Origin: Diadema antillarum | Taxonomy: Eukaryota | Assembly (NCBI RefSeq): GCF_040938485.1 | Contig: NW_027271575.1 | Coordinates: forward strand, 186,001-250,000 | DNA length: 64,000 nt | Reading direction: 5' to 3' | Part shown: positions 49,401-63,168 of the stretch, piece by piece | Numbering within the stretch: the first letter of the stretch is position 1 | How the letters are laid out: every line of letters starts with the position of its first letter | Made by a program: the position numbers and the translations under genes | Notes under the pieces: generated by a model | Told to the model about the DNA's origin: nothing | Database searches by the model: none | What the model saw: only the letters and a program-made list of their open reading frames with translations

Positions 49401-52400
49401 CGAGGATCTTTTGTTTGCAGTTTGTACTGACTTTATCATGTATTCCTTCTCTCTCCCTCTCTCTCTTCTTCTCTTTCTCTCCCCTCCCTCATGCCTTTCC
49501 CTTGCCTCTCTTTTCTTGTTTCTTTCTAACAAAAACAAGTGAATACGATGAATGCTGGGTAAATACACCGTTTCATGGTGTAAATTATCATACACTTATA
49601 CCCACAAGTTGCAATTACTGCAATCGCCGCAAACATTACAGCAACGTATCATCCGTTTCGATTTCAACTCCTAATTTGATACTTATAGCATTGTTCAGAA
49701 TATGTGCTTTTACAGGAGATAGTGTCCTCGGGCCATCTCTCAATCTAGGGGGCAACGAAACATGATGCTTATTAGGAGATGGCGTTCAAGTCAACAGCGC
49801 TAGAAATTAACTATTTCGTTGCAACATAGGCAACCTGTTTGCATACAAAACCAGTGACATGTGAAGGATCAATCTCTTGGGAGTTATACCAAGGAGGCTC
49901 GCCTAGTACCTCCCGGGTTCTGCCTTATATCGGTTGCCGGTGATACACTTTATACACGTCCCCTCACAATTATATGTAATGAACTATGTCATTTGAAGTC
50001 AGGTTGAATTATATATGTGCAGATTCATAAGAATCAGAGCTAGCTATACATAGCTAGCTAACGAGCTAGTCCGGTTGGCCTCCACATGGAGTGTTNNNNN
50101 NNNNNNNNNNNNNNNNNNNNNNNNNNNNNNNNNNNNNNNNNNNNNNNNNNNNNNNNNNNNNNNNNNNNNNNNNNNNNNNNNNNNNNNNNNNNNNNNNNNN
50201 NNNNNNNNNNNNNNNNNNNNNNNNNNNNNNNNNNNNNNNNNNNNNNNNNNNNNNNNNNNATCAAACATCAGGGCTCGAATCAACAATAACTGAGATATAC
50301 ACAATGACCAAAGTCTGTGTGAATTATTCTTCTGTTTTGTTCAGAGTACGCAACAACACTGAAGGTGCGGTAACACTGTCTCGTATAAAACGCCTAACGT
50401 CAAGCCTAGAGTCGTGACCATTGTATTCATTTATGCTAATTCATCAGCTGTATGGGCTGCACTGCGATCACACCTCGCCTTGTTTCGGGAACTGGTCAAA
50501 ACCGGTTCCCAAACCTGTCACTGGACTAGATCTAATTATTATTTCTATGTTACGTGAAATAATACCTCGACATTGAGATCAAGTTCGTAGCAAAGTAGTT
50601 GCACAATGCAGGTCTCGTGTTGTTTTTCGTTTGCCCTCCCCACCCTGATTTCTGTTCCTATGTCTTTCTTTCATTTTTTTTTCTCTCTCTCTCTCTCCCT
50701 CTCTCTCTATCTATCTCTGTCTCTCTCTCTCTCTCTCTATCTCTGTCTCTCAGTCTATCTATCTCTCTCTTTCTACCTCTTAAAACTGCTGAAAAGAATC
50801 AACCTACTTCACGATACGACGTTTCAGCTCAGTTGTAAGCGTATGACGAGGTCGAGCAAACAACAGGTAAAACCCTTCGAATTTGTGCTATACACTCCAA
50901 AGTCGGCTATTTACGTGAAATCTCGTGCAAGAATAGGTAAACCGACAACAAGTGGTGTAAACAAGAAAAGACACGGGTAGATACCCAAAGGTATACGTAT
51001 ACTCATAATTATACATATATATTAATCAACATGTTCACCCGCGCCCGCGCGCAGGTTGTTGCATCGCTCATGAAATAATGCTCAGATTTATAACTATTGC
51101 GGTCGAAGAGTGCAACTTGAAGGGGTTGAAGGTATTTATAACTGTGTTGAAGCATAATTTTAATACATTTAATGCAAGATGAAATTATGCTCGAACAAAA
51201 AAAAAAGTTCTTTTCATCAAACAGAGTTATGTTCGTTTCAAGACAGCTACCTCACAGCACCTAATAAAGAAAAAAGAAAGAAAAAAAGAACAATAATTGA
51301 ACTAACTGATAAAATTAATATGAATGAGAATAACAGGTGATATATGATTCTTCTGTCAAATTTTACCATTTTAATTTCAAGATTTCATTTCATCTTAATT
51401 TATTCATCCATTTCATTCACGGTCCAGGCATAACGAGGAACAATGATAGAGGGAGATGACTCTTGTTGAAGTAAAAGCTATCAATATATCTATGTTATAT
51501 TCTATAGTTATACTTTTTTTTTTTTTACAAAACTCTTGTACAGCGATGATATTTGCAAGAGAAATCATTACTTTATGGTTAAATAAATAAATAAATAAAT
51601 AAATGGTATAAGTAACATCGCTTTGAGCGGATTCTCACCAAGTAAGTTGACTTCCTGTTTCAGTCTGTTTTGTTTTTGTTTTTTGGTTACAAGAGTGTAT
51701 AGTAGAAAATAAATCTTGATGAGACTGTCATGTTCATGTAACCATAAATATCACTGTCTCCGAACATAATCACAGTGATATCTTTACACCTACTTCAGAT
51801 TAGCATGAATCGTACACAACTTATTTGCTTTCGTTCGAACGTGTCACGAACATACTGCACGTCCGTTTGCGAGCGATCAATAGTAATCAAAAGATACTTC
51901 GAACATAAAGGGGCGGAGTCCCGGTGAATACTTATCTCATAATGTATATAAACAGTGTTATCATTGTGACATGTACAATGAAAATAAAATAATCTTCAAA
52001 ACATAGATGCGTATAGATACACAGCTCAAGTAGGCGCACTATACCCTATATTACGTGCACATGAGCTGAACAATTATTGTTTTTTTTTTTTGAAGTGCGC
52101 AAGCTACCGTTGCAAGTCTGCTTTACAGCCACAGTATGAGCAAAGAAAACTTGAATACAAATCGATTTGGAATGATTTGGATTTGGAATGATTTTGAATG
52201 ATCAGTTGTTCATAGCCGATATGGATTGTCTATACGATTTGACCTATATCTTTTTCTCGATGCATGTGAGGGATATTCCTTAAGGCTTGCTGAGATTCTT
52301 AAGAAGAACAATTGATGAAAGTGGAATATTACCCTACCGGTTATATTGAATTTGCCAGACAATACTATAAAACCATTCATCAAATGTTTCTCTTTGCATT

Positions 52401-53716
52401 TGTTGTTGTTGTTGTTGTTGTCTTCTTTCGTTCTCTCATGTATGAAGTTTGAGTGTGTTGTTTTATATTCCACTCCATTACCACGATACTTCATTTAATA
52501 TTTCAAAGAAAGTTTTTTCTGATTGTGCAAGAATTGAATCATACCGGTTTTATTACTTTTTGTATAATAAGACTTTTCTCACAAAAATAAGAACTTTTAA
52601 TTTTGTTCGGTTATCAATAAAATCTCTGATAGAGATAAAAATAAAACAATAGAATAGAGGTTTTGATTAATATCATATACAAAAGAAATTGGTACCACAT
52701 GAATTGTTGTTTCATTGTATAAATGTTATCAGGGAAACGTGATGTCACAATACCATAACTAAACCAGCTGAAATGCTGATGTGATTGCGCACTAAAGGCC
52801 TAATTACTGTTGTCCTTTCTTCGAAGAAGAAATAACATCATGATCATTAAGTTTTCAAGTGCGGCTCAGATCTAGCAAAACTGATTTGAAATGAGATTTA
52901 TGGGTCTATAATTGCTACATTATTCATCCCAACATGATTTTAACATGGTTTCCGTCTGGCCACATGCAAGGGTTGTATGTACATGGCGACGGTATCATCA
53001 CCGCATTATATAACTTGCTGGATTGTCTTTTGAAAGTAGATCAAGACAATATTATGTATTATGCTGCATCTCATCGTCATGTACGTCTTTATTTCACATA
53101 GACGCTTGGGTCATCAAAATGATTTGATAACAATTANNNNNNNNNNNNNNNNNNNNNNNNNNNNNNNNNNNNNNNNNNNNNNNNNNNNNNNNNNNNNNNN
53201 NNNNNNNNNNNNNNNNNNNNNNNNNNNNNNNNNNNNNNNNNNNNNNNNNNNNNNNNNNNNNNNNNNNNNNNNNNNNNNNNNNNNNNNNNNNNNNNNNNNN
53301 NNNNNNNNNNNNNNNNNNNNNNNNNNNNNNNNNNNNTTAGCTCACAGTCAATTAAAACTAGTCAATGCGTTTTTCATATACAGCTCTCCAATATCCTTAC
53401 TTTACAATAAAAAAAAATGTGTATTTAAGTTTCTCTTAAAGATAATGTTGATGAACAAAGCCATAAGCGTGCTGACGAACTATTCCACAGTTTGAGGCCA
53501 CGTGTATGAAATCATGTGTTATACACCAATAATTCTCAACTTATTTCCTCTTTTTGATATAACAATTCAAGACGGAAACAGATGTCAGAGATAATGTGAA
53601 AGAAGATATAGATATGAAATATTTTATCTTTCCGTGTATTTAGAGCGAGGTGAATTCCTTGGTCCGTGACTGCTTTTATTCCTGGATCTCCGTGCCCGAA
53701 TTAAAATGAAATTCCT

Positions 53717-53875
53717 GGGTCCCATTTCATAAAAAGTTGATATGATAGCAACTCTTGCTAGAGTGGCAATTGTCATGGTAACAGCAAGAATCCAGCTTCC
53801 TGATTGGCTGTTGCTATTGGAATTTGCCATTCCAGCAAAAGTTGCTATCCTAACATCTTTTATGAAATGGGGCCC
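53717..53875. mobile_element. Second copy of the MITE at 6576
   Basis: GGGTCCCATTTCATAAAA ... TTTTATGAAATGGGGCCC, with internal sequence collinear with 6576-6738. Confidence 0.8.
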
Positions 53876-54002
53876 AAATCAGTCAAAAGGGAGACGCAAC
53901 AGTAAACATTTGATTAAAATCGGATTAAAATCATTGAAGTTAGGTCTATACAATTTCAAAATTTCGGTAGGTTTTGCAAAATGATTTTTGAACAGTCGAT
54001 AT

Positions 54003-54276
54003 GAATATGTAAATGAGTGAACGGATGATGTCATCACCTAGTACAATTTTCAAACTTTTCCAAATTTATCTGCTACAAAAAAAAATGTTATTCCTCGCAG
54101 AATAACTTCAAAGTAACGAACAGTCAGATAAAGTAGAAGAATTGAGACCGATAGGACATAACTGAATTCGATAATAAAAGAAAACAAAAATCAATTGGAA
54201 ATATCAATATTTTATGTACAAAGTCCGTGACAACTTTTGAGGCGATAACATCATCAACTCATTCATTTGCATATTC
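54003..54276. repeat. Degenerate inverted repeat, probable old DNA-transposon remnant
   Basis: 54003-54035 and 54244-54276 are inverted copies matching at 27 of 33 positions. Confidence 0.4.
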
Positions 54277-54583
54277 ACACAAAGTGTCTAAGAATTGTCT
54301 TGTGAACATTGTCGAAACTTAACCAAATTCGGAAGTCCTTTGATACCAATCAGATTTTGCTAAAATTCTCAATGTTGCACATGGAATTGTTTATGAGACT
54401 ACCGTCAACTCATCCGGGATTCTACTTTAACAATACCGAGAATCACAAGAAATTTGGATGTTGCATTGCAACAGAGGGAGGAGAAAGGGTTAAGCAGGCG
54501 GAGCAGTGTAAATTGAAAGATTCAAAATGAAAGACATAACAAAGTCTGTTGAACTGCAGATCGGAAAGAGATGGACAGTCACG

Positions 54584-54629
<46 letters not shown>

Positions 54630-56266
54630 GGCAGACAAACAGGCAGAAAGACAGGCAGGGAACACCAAAATCTGTTGAGGATATCAACAACTTCCCTCTC
54701 GTATTGTCCGTAAATCCCAACAAACCAGGTCGCATAACCCAGCGCCATAGAGGTGTCAAAATGGCAAGACGTTATCGCGTGACACCTATTCTTCACTTTG
54801 CAACGGGAAACAAAAGAGGTTTCCGTCACACTCCATTAACACATTGATTGTTCTAACACCGGTCGGGAGTAACGTTTCACACTAACAGGTTTTATGAAAA
54901 GAGTCACAAATAGGGTGAATGGAAAAGAGGTATATTCAGAGTATGAACCTATACAGTGTAGTTTCAATACCTTCTGGTAAAACTTGGAGGAAATCTGGAT
55001 TGAGAGAATGGAGTAATATTGATTGGACACAATCATCAATGACGGTTTGAGGGAAATCAGATACTCGGTTCAAAAGTGAAGTTTTTTTAAAGTATTTTTT
55101 GAATATTCTTTTTTAGTTTCAGCGCCGCCATCGCTGCATGAGAAGACTAATACAGCTTGTGATGTCACATGTGTAGAACGACATGAAGAAAATATAAAGA
55201 AATGTCAACTTTTTAAAAAAACTTTTCTTGCATGATAACAATGATTTTCTAATAGCAGGTTTCAGATTTTCAATTTATACAAGTTCAAAAATTTAGAATC
55301 TGGATTAAAAAATAGTTTCAGAGATATATGCTTCTGATTATGATTATTATTATTTTGGGGGAACTTATACACACAAGAGAGATTCAAAACATCATCAAAT
55401 TGTATTTCATGAAAACCGAAAAGTTTCTCATCTTATTTTTCAAACAAACGTTATCCAATCGATTTAAAAAATTTTGAAGAAAGTGTAGTTTAAATACCAA
55501 ATGTTTGATATCTAATACCAGTTTATGTATCAGAAATCTTGAATAAAGTATGTCATGTATACATACATGTACAATCATGAGCAGAATACTAAATACATTC
55601 GGGAGGATAAATTAGGGCATACGTTACTTTATTGATTATTTTGGAAGTGGAAAATAAAATTAACAAAGGAAAAATGACTGGAATATAGCGTAAAAGCGAC
55701 CCAGACGTGTGCTAATGAAAATATGATAGACAAATAGAAAGCAACATAAGAAATAATGACAATTATGTGAATGATGCTGTGGGAATTTTATTCAATGCCG
55801 AATACCAGATAGAGGGGATATGATGATTAATAAAGATAACACTGTGGCGTCGATAAAGGAAACTGTTTTGAAGGTGAAATCACCGGAGAATGCATGCGGG
55901 AAAACCAGCAAGTAATCACGGAGGGAATGAACGAATGAAAATAAGCGGAGGAAGAACTTAAAAATACATCCCTTATTTTAGATACATAGAGAACGAAAAA
56001 AAAAAATAACAACATTGAAATGGCAACACCGGAATGAAAAAAAACAACAACAACAACAAGGTGAGAAGATATTACGGAAAATAAATCTATTATTATATCT
56101 GCAGTATCGCTGTCAGATTATATAGTGAGAACATCTTCATGTAACGTTCCCCTTTCGTGTTGTTATGTTAAATCTAACCTCCCAGGCTAGATAGTAAACA
56201 TGTTTATAAACTGATTAATCGCAGTTGTTTGAATAGTTGAAATCATTACTTTTCTCTGTTTGCTTA

Positions 56267-57758
56267 GGGTGGGATTTCACGGAGCACGCGAACGATTTGC
56301 GAAGGACGCGAATGGCAAAATCCAGCATTCGTATTTTAGTCTGAAAAAGATCGCCAAACGAACGTGAGGGTTCGGAAGCGTCGTCAATTGTTCGCGAATG
56401 TCGTTTTTACTTCGGCGATGATTTCAAAAAAGTTTGAAATTTTTTGCGAACCTTTTCCGCACACTTGGTCGTGATTTGCTCGTGAATTGTTCTCGAAAGT
56501 GTCTTTAAAGCCTCGTCATATGCGCAAGACCTTCGCAAGACACGCGCGATGTTCGCAAAATGTTCGTGAAACCCCAAACAGACTCCGAAACGTTGGAGAA
56601 TGTCTCGCGTATGTTACGCGAAATCTGCGATGTTTCTCCGACCATTTTACGACGTAATCGCAAACTGTTCGCGTACCTTTTGAGACATTCTCGCGAACGT
56701 TTGGCGCACGTTTGGAAATGTATGACCTATACGTTTTCTACAAATAAAAATCGTACCATACATCTAAACATCAAACAATCATTAACAACTACAATAACAA
56801 AAGAAATTAAAGACTACCAAAGAAAAAGACATGTTTGATATACAAAAAAAAAATCACAGAATCTTAAAGGGAAGGTAAACCCCAAGAACAATGTGGACAA
56901 TACCAAGAAAATATAAAGAAAATTCTGCAAAAATCCATTTTTCATGAAAATTACAAATTCCATCAACTTGATATTGACATATGTTAAGGGTAGCAATTAT
57001 TCTTCCTGCTTTCTGAAAGCGGTTGGTCCATTGCTCTTTCATAATTCTAGAAAAGTGAATTTTTGTTGAATTTCCTTTATATTTTCTTTGTATTGTTGTC
57101 CACTCATACGTCATATCCTCCAGTAGTCTCCTCATCCAGCGGTTCCAACACCAAAACTTTAAAAATTCATAACTTTTGCATCGATTGTCCGATTTTCCTC
57201 AAACTTTCACTGATGTGTTCTACTAATGTTGCTGCTTTCACTCACTCCACATTGTTCTTTGGGTTTACCTTCCCTTTAAGTATGTAAATTTCATTTGAAC
57301 TATAGAGATTATGTGTTGGAGGAACTGCAAAAAAAAAAAGGAACAAATGCTTTACTAGTGGAGATACGTCCTAGGGGGAAAAATGTAGGCAAACACACGA
57401 TAGAGAAATGAGAGAAAAAGAAAGGAGAAATACAGGAAAAAAAAATCAACTCAAGAAAGCTTTTTGAGTTGATTTTTTTCTTGCTTCCACCTCTCCTTGC
57501 TACATTTTCTCCCATGATTATTGAAAATTTTTCGTTGTTCGCATTTCCTTCGCGTGTTCTTCGTGTACGTAACATGCTGTACTTTAGCAATGATACACAC
57601 GACATTCGCACATACGTCGTGGAAACTTCGCACAAATTGCGCAAGAATAGTTTTCGGCTTCATTGTCGGAAAACATTCGGAGAAAAACTTTTCCGAATGT
57701 TGGATTTTGTCAGTCCCGTCCTTCGCAAATCATTCGCGTGCTCCGTGAAATCCCACCC
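56267..57758. mobile_element. PIF/Harbinger-like non-autonomous element with TTA target-site duplication
   Basis: TTA|GGGTGGGATTTCACGGAGCACGCGAACGATTTGCGAAGGACG ... CGTCCTTCGCAAATCATTCGCGTGCTCCGTGAAATCCCACCC|TTA (42-bp TIR, 1 mismatch), with many CGCGAA/TTCGC subterminal motifs. Confidence 0.85.
56868..57275. mobile_element. Kolobok-like non-autonomous element nested in the Harbinger-like element
   Basis: TTAA|AGGGAAGGTAAACCCCAAGAACAATGTGGA ... TCCACATTGTTCTTTGGGTTTACCTTCCCT|TTAA (30-bp TIR, 1 mismatch). Confidence 0.87.
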
Positions 57759-58740
57759 TTATACAGTGCCTCACTGCAAAATATCGTTTCAAGTAAAGCT
57801 TGGAGCTAAGATCTCGCAACTTTCCTTATCTCATTACTTGTTTGATTCACGGTGAAACTTTCGTAGTTTGCTTTCAACAGTTCTTGACTCGCTCTTGACT
57901 ATCTTTTATCCCCAGTTGGATTTGGAGTAGAGTTTCCGGTCTAAAAAACACAACAACTATGTCTGTTTGCTGTTTTGGTTTGTTTTGTTTTGTTTTTATC
58001 TTCAGGCCACAGACATTTTATCGCTATTGCGGGTAACCTTAAAAGAGGATCTTTGTGGTCACGCTTATGTGCTAGGCCATACAGCGGTTGAAAAGAGAGA
58101 AACGCACATATAATTGTTTGATAGCTCTGCTAAAATTCACTAACCTGACATGTGGAGACAGCAAGTGTATATAGTTACAGGTGCTGAAGTTAGGTAACAT
58201 AATAGGTCATATAACAAGACAGCATTTTATAGAAAGAGAATGGACAGCACATTGACTTTCTTATTTTCGTTATACCTGGTAGTTTGAGTTTTGTTCAATG
58301 GTAATTTGGCAAATTTATAGGCCTATTTATGGTATGAATCGCAAAAGAAATGTGGGCGTGCTCTGTACACAAGATTCATTTACACGCACGTTACCGTGAT
58401 CGTGAATAGAGCGCTCACTTTAGATGCCGGCCTCAGTACGGATATCAATACCCTTTTCATAAAAATGCACCCTCCAAGAATTTGCATAAGAAAAATTTGG
58501 ATGATTCGATATGAACTGCGTTAAAAAACTCTTTAAAGATCGGTACATTTTTGTTTTTGTGTTGTGTTTTTATCGAACCCTTGAAAAACAAACAAACAAA
58601 GCCCGGATAATGGCCATGGTGATACCTTTACGCGCCTCTCTAAAGATATCGTACTTTTGTGTGCGGAAAAGATGTTTCTTTTGAACGCACATTGGAAATA
58701 ACAAATTTGCATCATTTAGAAATGCGTTTACAGACTCCAA

Positions 58741-59031
58741 GGCCCGAATCCACGAAGGTGTTACAATTATAAAACATGGTTTAAACCATGGACAATTTGT
58801 ATGGAGCGCCAAGTGTCACTTGGCCTATTTCGTTACGAAATCAGTCATTTCGTCGAAGAAAATAAAAATGTTGTCATTTCGTTACGAAATTATCATTTCG
58901 TTACGAAATTATCATTTCGTCAACAAAATGACTGATATCGTAACGAAATAGGCCATATGCGACACTTCATACAAATTGTCCATGGTTTAAGACATGGTTT
59001 CAATTGTACCATCTCTTCGTGAATTCGGGCC
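58741..59031. mobile_element. Palindromic MITE with an internal 19-bp tandem repeat
   Basis: GGCCCGAATCCACGAAG ... CTTCGTGAATTCGGGCC. The long imperfect arms include a 30-bp inner inverted repeat (58821-58850 / 58926-58955) and central ATCATTTCGTTACGAAATT units. Confidence 0.75.
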
Positions 59032-61721
59032 AAAGTCTGCAAAGTCGCGATCCGGACAACCGATATGCTGATAAATGCAGTGTCGAAAAAAGTGCGGACT
59101 GCTCCGTTTCCACTCCAATGTTACTAAAATAACTACTCCCCACCCCCCTCCCAAATAATGCGGATATGATCCGCATGAGAATCTATGACGGTCATAAGAA
59201 AGGAGAGGGGAATTTCCTTTCCTGCTATCTGTTTCCTTTTGTGAAGCACCATCAAAGTCTGACCTAAATCAAATGTGCATGAAAGCGGCACTGCAACTTT
59301 AAATTAATCCTGAATAGAACAATCATTATGTCACTTCTGGTGGTAACCAAGGAAAACGCCGGTCGTTTTAACAGAAATGGGTCTATCGAGTGATAATGAA
59401 ATGATCAGTGTGGAAGAAAGGGAGAAAAGAGGAAGTGGCCAAAGCGTCAAGATAGGGCAGCGAAGACAATACACAATGAGTTGAGTACACTGGCCGAACT
59501 GGTCAAGAGTGCAAGGACACAGACAAACTGCAAAAAAAAAAAAAAAAAAATGCAGGATTCCTTTTGCGAGATCAACCTCTTAGCAAGTAGGCCTATACCT
59601 GCATGACGTAACAAAGATGCATGTTTGTAAACACTTTTTTTCTCACCCTCTCAGCCCCAAGCACCCCTCAGTCTCTCCTTCTTGTTTTGCAAACGCTCTA
59701 AACATAGGATTTCATGACGACATTTCACCGCTGTCTATAATGTCCTCCGAGATGACACTATTTGATCAAGGAGGTGGGGTTCCACCTCCCTGATTTGATC
59801 CTGTTAGTTAATGTTGTTGAGAGAATAAAAATCCTTCTTGCTATTTTCTTTTGTCCTGGTCATAATGTCACCACATTTTTTTTCAGCTATAATCATAAAG
59901 AAGCACTACTCATTATTTTGTTTGCTTGCTCTTTACCCCTAGACAATGGAACTGTATTTGTCTTCAGTTGATCGTTCGTTCATGCTATAGCTCTTATGTT
60001 GACTTGGATTATAATATCATACGTTCCATAATGTTTTCTTATGCTATTCCTGTGAGGTTGCTTTCCGAAATGTTGCCATTATCTAGTGAGATCAAAGAAC
60101 ATCTTAAAAAAGAAGAAACAAAGAAAATGATTAAACAATATCATGGATGATAAGAATCGTAATAAGATTTCCATAAAGACATATAATATTTATAAAATTG
60201 TTTCATAGTATATATAAAAATAGATGCTTATCACTCATGTCACTATGACAAAAAAATGTAATTGTAATTTCAGCTTTGACAGAAAGTGAGGAAAATTATG
60301 AGACGCGTCGCTCGAATGACTGTTCTTTTATCAATAACTAAAGTATTTGTATAATAGCAATAGAAAACAATAGCAAAAGCAGAGACAAACTACTTTTAGC
60401 TTTCATCCATATCAAGCCAGCACAAACCAGATACAGAAAACTAAGAACGAAACATAAATTTGGCCTTATTATCACCCGGGCCTTTGTACTTGACTGTATA
60501 CAAGAAGTTGGTTTTATTTATATCGAAAATGGCATTGGAGAAGCGTCGATCGAATCGCTAGGAAACCTTCCCGGATGTTCAATGCGGTAAACAAATGGCA
60601 TTGCCCAGTGCATAAAATTGTGATACAATTGACATGTTGCCCAGATAATAACCTCCATCACAAATCTAGTTAATGCAAACAACACATGAAGGTTGCTGCG
60701 TTAAAAAAAAGACAACGAGAAACACTTACAATGCCTATGACAAAAGAGACAGTTAGTGTACACCCGTGATGATAACATGCTTACATTATTACATTGATTT
60801 TTTTTTCTAATGTCCATTCAACGATTCCTTCATATTGTGCCTCAAGACAACGCATGACTTCCCCTTTTCTTGTCGAGAAACCTTCTTCACGATGACTCTG
60901 TGGCGGCGCTCTTTAAAAGAAAACTGACATTATAACCGAAAGCGAATCATTCAGTTGGCAGTTAGGGGGAGGCCTCAGTGAGAGCCAGAAGGTTAAGACG
61001 AGGAAATAAAACCCATAAAAGGTGAGGGTCAAGCTAACCTGTCAATGAAGGGGTGTGCGCAGCCTTTTTTTTTTTTTTTGTTTCTTTTAATTCTACAAAC
61101 ACATGCGGTTATCAAAGGTAACTGTACTTTTTAGGTCGGTGCCTGTGTTATGTCTGTAGGGAGAAAGTTCGCGTTATGGCGCAGAGTTAAAAAGTTTAGA
61201 TTTCATAACGACTCCAAACCATGCCCAGCAGGCCTATGTGACTTACTGATAAAACAGACATTTGTTCTTCTCTCATTCTCTTGACAAAAAAAAAAATGAT
61301 ACAGAAAATGCATGAAAATATGGAATATGAAAGCATTAAGCACTTGTTTGAAGGCGGCATTTTAAAGCTTCGTTAAAGGTATTGTTTACCGTATTTACAC
61401 TGCAAAAAGTCCGGTGTTGAATAGTGAACACCGAGCTGGTGTTAAATTTTCGGTGCTCATTTCTGGTGTTAAATTAACACCTCCGGGTGTCATTTCCAAA
61501 TTTTATACTGTTTTTTGAAGAGTTTCTTAGTAACTGCACTTCTTGTTGATTTTTAATTTAAACAAGACGATCAAGAATTTTACATTAAAATACTAGATTT
61601 TTGAAAAAATGTGAAAATAAATTTACACCACAGTAACACCAGCTGGTGTGGTCTCTTATTGAAGCTGGACGGGTGTTAAACCATTGATATTAGCACCAAC
61701 AAATATCAAATCAACACCATG

Positions 61722-63168
61722 TTTGTTTGTTTGTTTGTTTGGTTTATTTCTGCATTTTCTTTCTCCAAATACAATTGCAAATGAAAACAAAATGATACAG
61801 ATACATACAAATCAATACAAAAAAAAAATCATTTGCGTAACAACATTCAGTCTGAAGTGGCATAATTATGAATCAAAATAACATATTAAGGCTTACTGTA
61901 TCTAATAACAAAGGAGAAATCAATACAGGGGACCGTCATCATAAGCAGAGCTTGACGTGGATGAGGCCCTATCTGAATATGTGATACCAATGTAATACAA
62001 CACCAATTATATATGTACTCATAAAACTCTTAATCTTAATACACAAAACACATTTTGCTACAGAAAAAAAACAGAAAAGAAAAATAGTGACTTTGCGCTT
62101 TAGAACAAGAAAAAAAAAACAGCACGCAGCACCATTGACTGCTGCATGGTATAGTAGACAATAAAAGTGTAGGTGTGTGCGAGTGACAGTGCGTCGTGTG
62201 TGCAGGTGACAGTGCAAGAGAGAATAAAGGCTGTAGCATGCCTATTTTGGGGGTAAGGTATACGCTTTAATGAATGTATGCAATATCATTATCAAAGAAA
62301 GGAAAGGAACGGGAGGGAATGAAAAAAAAAACACTTTGCATGGATCAGGGCTTACTGAGAATTCAGAAAAAAAGAAGAAAAAGTACATTGATCAAAAACT
62401 ACTAACTGGAGACATATTTCAATAATAAATACTTTTTTAAATGAGCTTTAAAGGAAAACAGTGAAGTACACTGCTTTAATTGATCAGGTAGGTTATTCCA
62501 GACATCGGGGCCGTAATGTCTAATTGATTTCTGAGCTAAAACAGTTTTGGGGTTTACAAGGTGAAAATCTGTCGAACGGCGAGTTGGATATGTGTGTATA
62601 TTCGAATTTAAGTGAAAAATATTATGAAATAAAGAGGGAAGTTGATTTGTTGCATACTTGTACATAAATATACCTGTTTGTAAAATGTGGATGTCCTGAA
62701 GCTTCAAAGTATGCAAACGATGAAATAAAGGATCTGTATGAGATAAATATGTGGAATTAGTAATAATACGAATAGCACGCTTTTGGAGTAAATACAATGA
62801 ATTCAGTTTAGTAATACTACAATTTCCCCATACAATATTTGAATACAATATATGAGGCAAAATTAAAGAATTATATAAAATAATCAGGGATCGTTCTGAT
62901 AAAAGATCTTTCAACTTCCAGAGTACACCAATATTTCTTGATAGGGTCCTTTGTAAACAGGATATATGTTCGTTCCATGTTAAATGAGAATCGATTGTAA
63001 TGCCTAAAAATCTAATAACCTGTTTCTCGCAAAGAGAAAACCCATCAATTGATATGTTGACATTAAGATCCTGTGAGTAGGGTTTTCTAAAATAAACGAA
63101 ATTTGTCTTATTAACATTCAAAGATAACTTGTTTGATTTAAACCAATTCAATATATTCAATAATTCAT
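61722..63168 (-). mobile_element. 5'-truncated non-LTR retrotransposon (CR1/L2/Crack-like)
   Basis: RT C-terminal ORF, then a 3' UTR of about 680 bp, AATAAA and an (AAAC)n tail at 61722-61746. CATGT occurs at both junctions (61718-61722, 63166-63170). Confidence 0.9.
62402..63166 (-). pseudogene. Truncated LINE ORF2 (end of the reverse transcriptase and C-terminal region)
   Basis: ELLNILNWFKSNKLSLNVNKT...FLGITIDSHLTWNEHI...LYNSLILPHILYSNIVWG...LQKRAIRII...YPTRR...HYGPDVWNNLP...FKAHLKKYLL. The frame is uninterrupted but lacks the endonuclease and the catalytic RT core. Confidence 0.9.

Noticed and set aside
51910-51952. GC box plus TATA-like element on the plus strand
   Set aside because: No downstream exon or ORF could be linked, and such short motifs arise by chance.
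58860-58950. CRISPR-like palindromic repeats
   Set aside because: Eukaryotic context, no unique spacers and no cas genes; explained by the MITE.
59251-59436. Cluster of TCF, Otx, Sox and Ets-like sites
   Set aside because: 6-7-mers at about chance frequency; not supportable without conservation or chromatin data.
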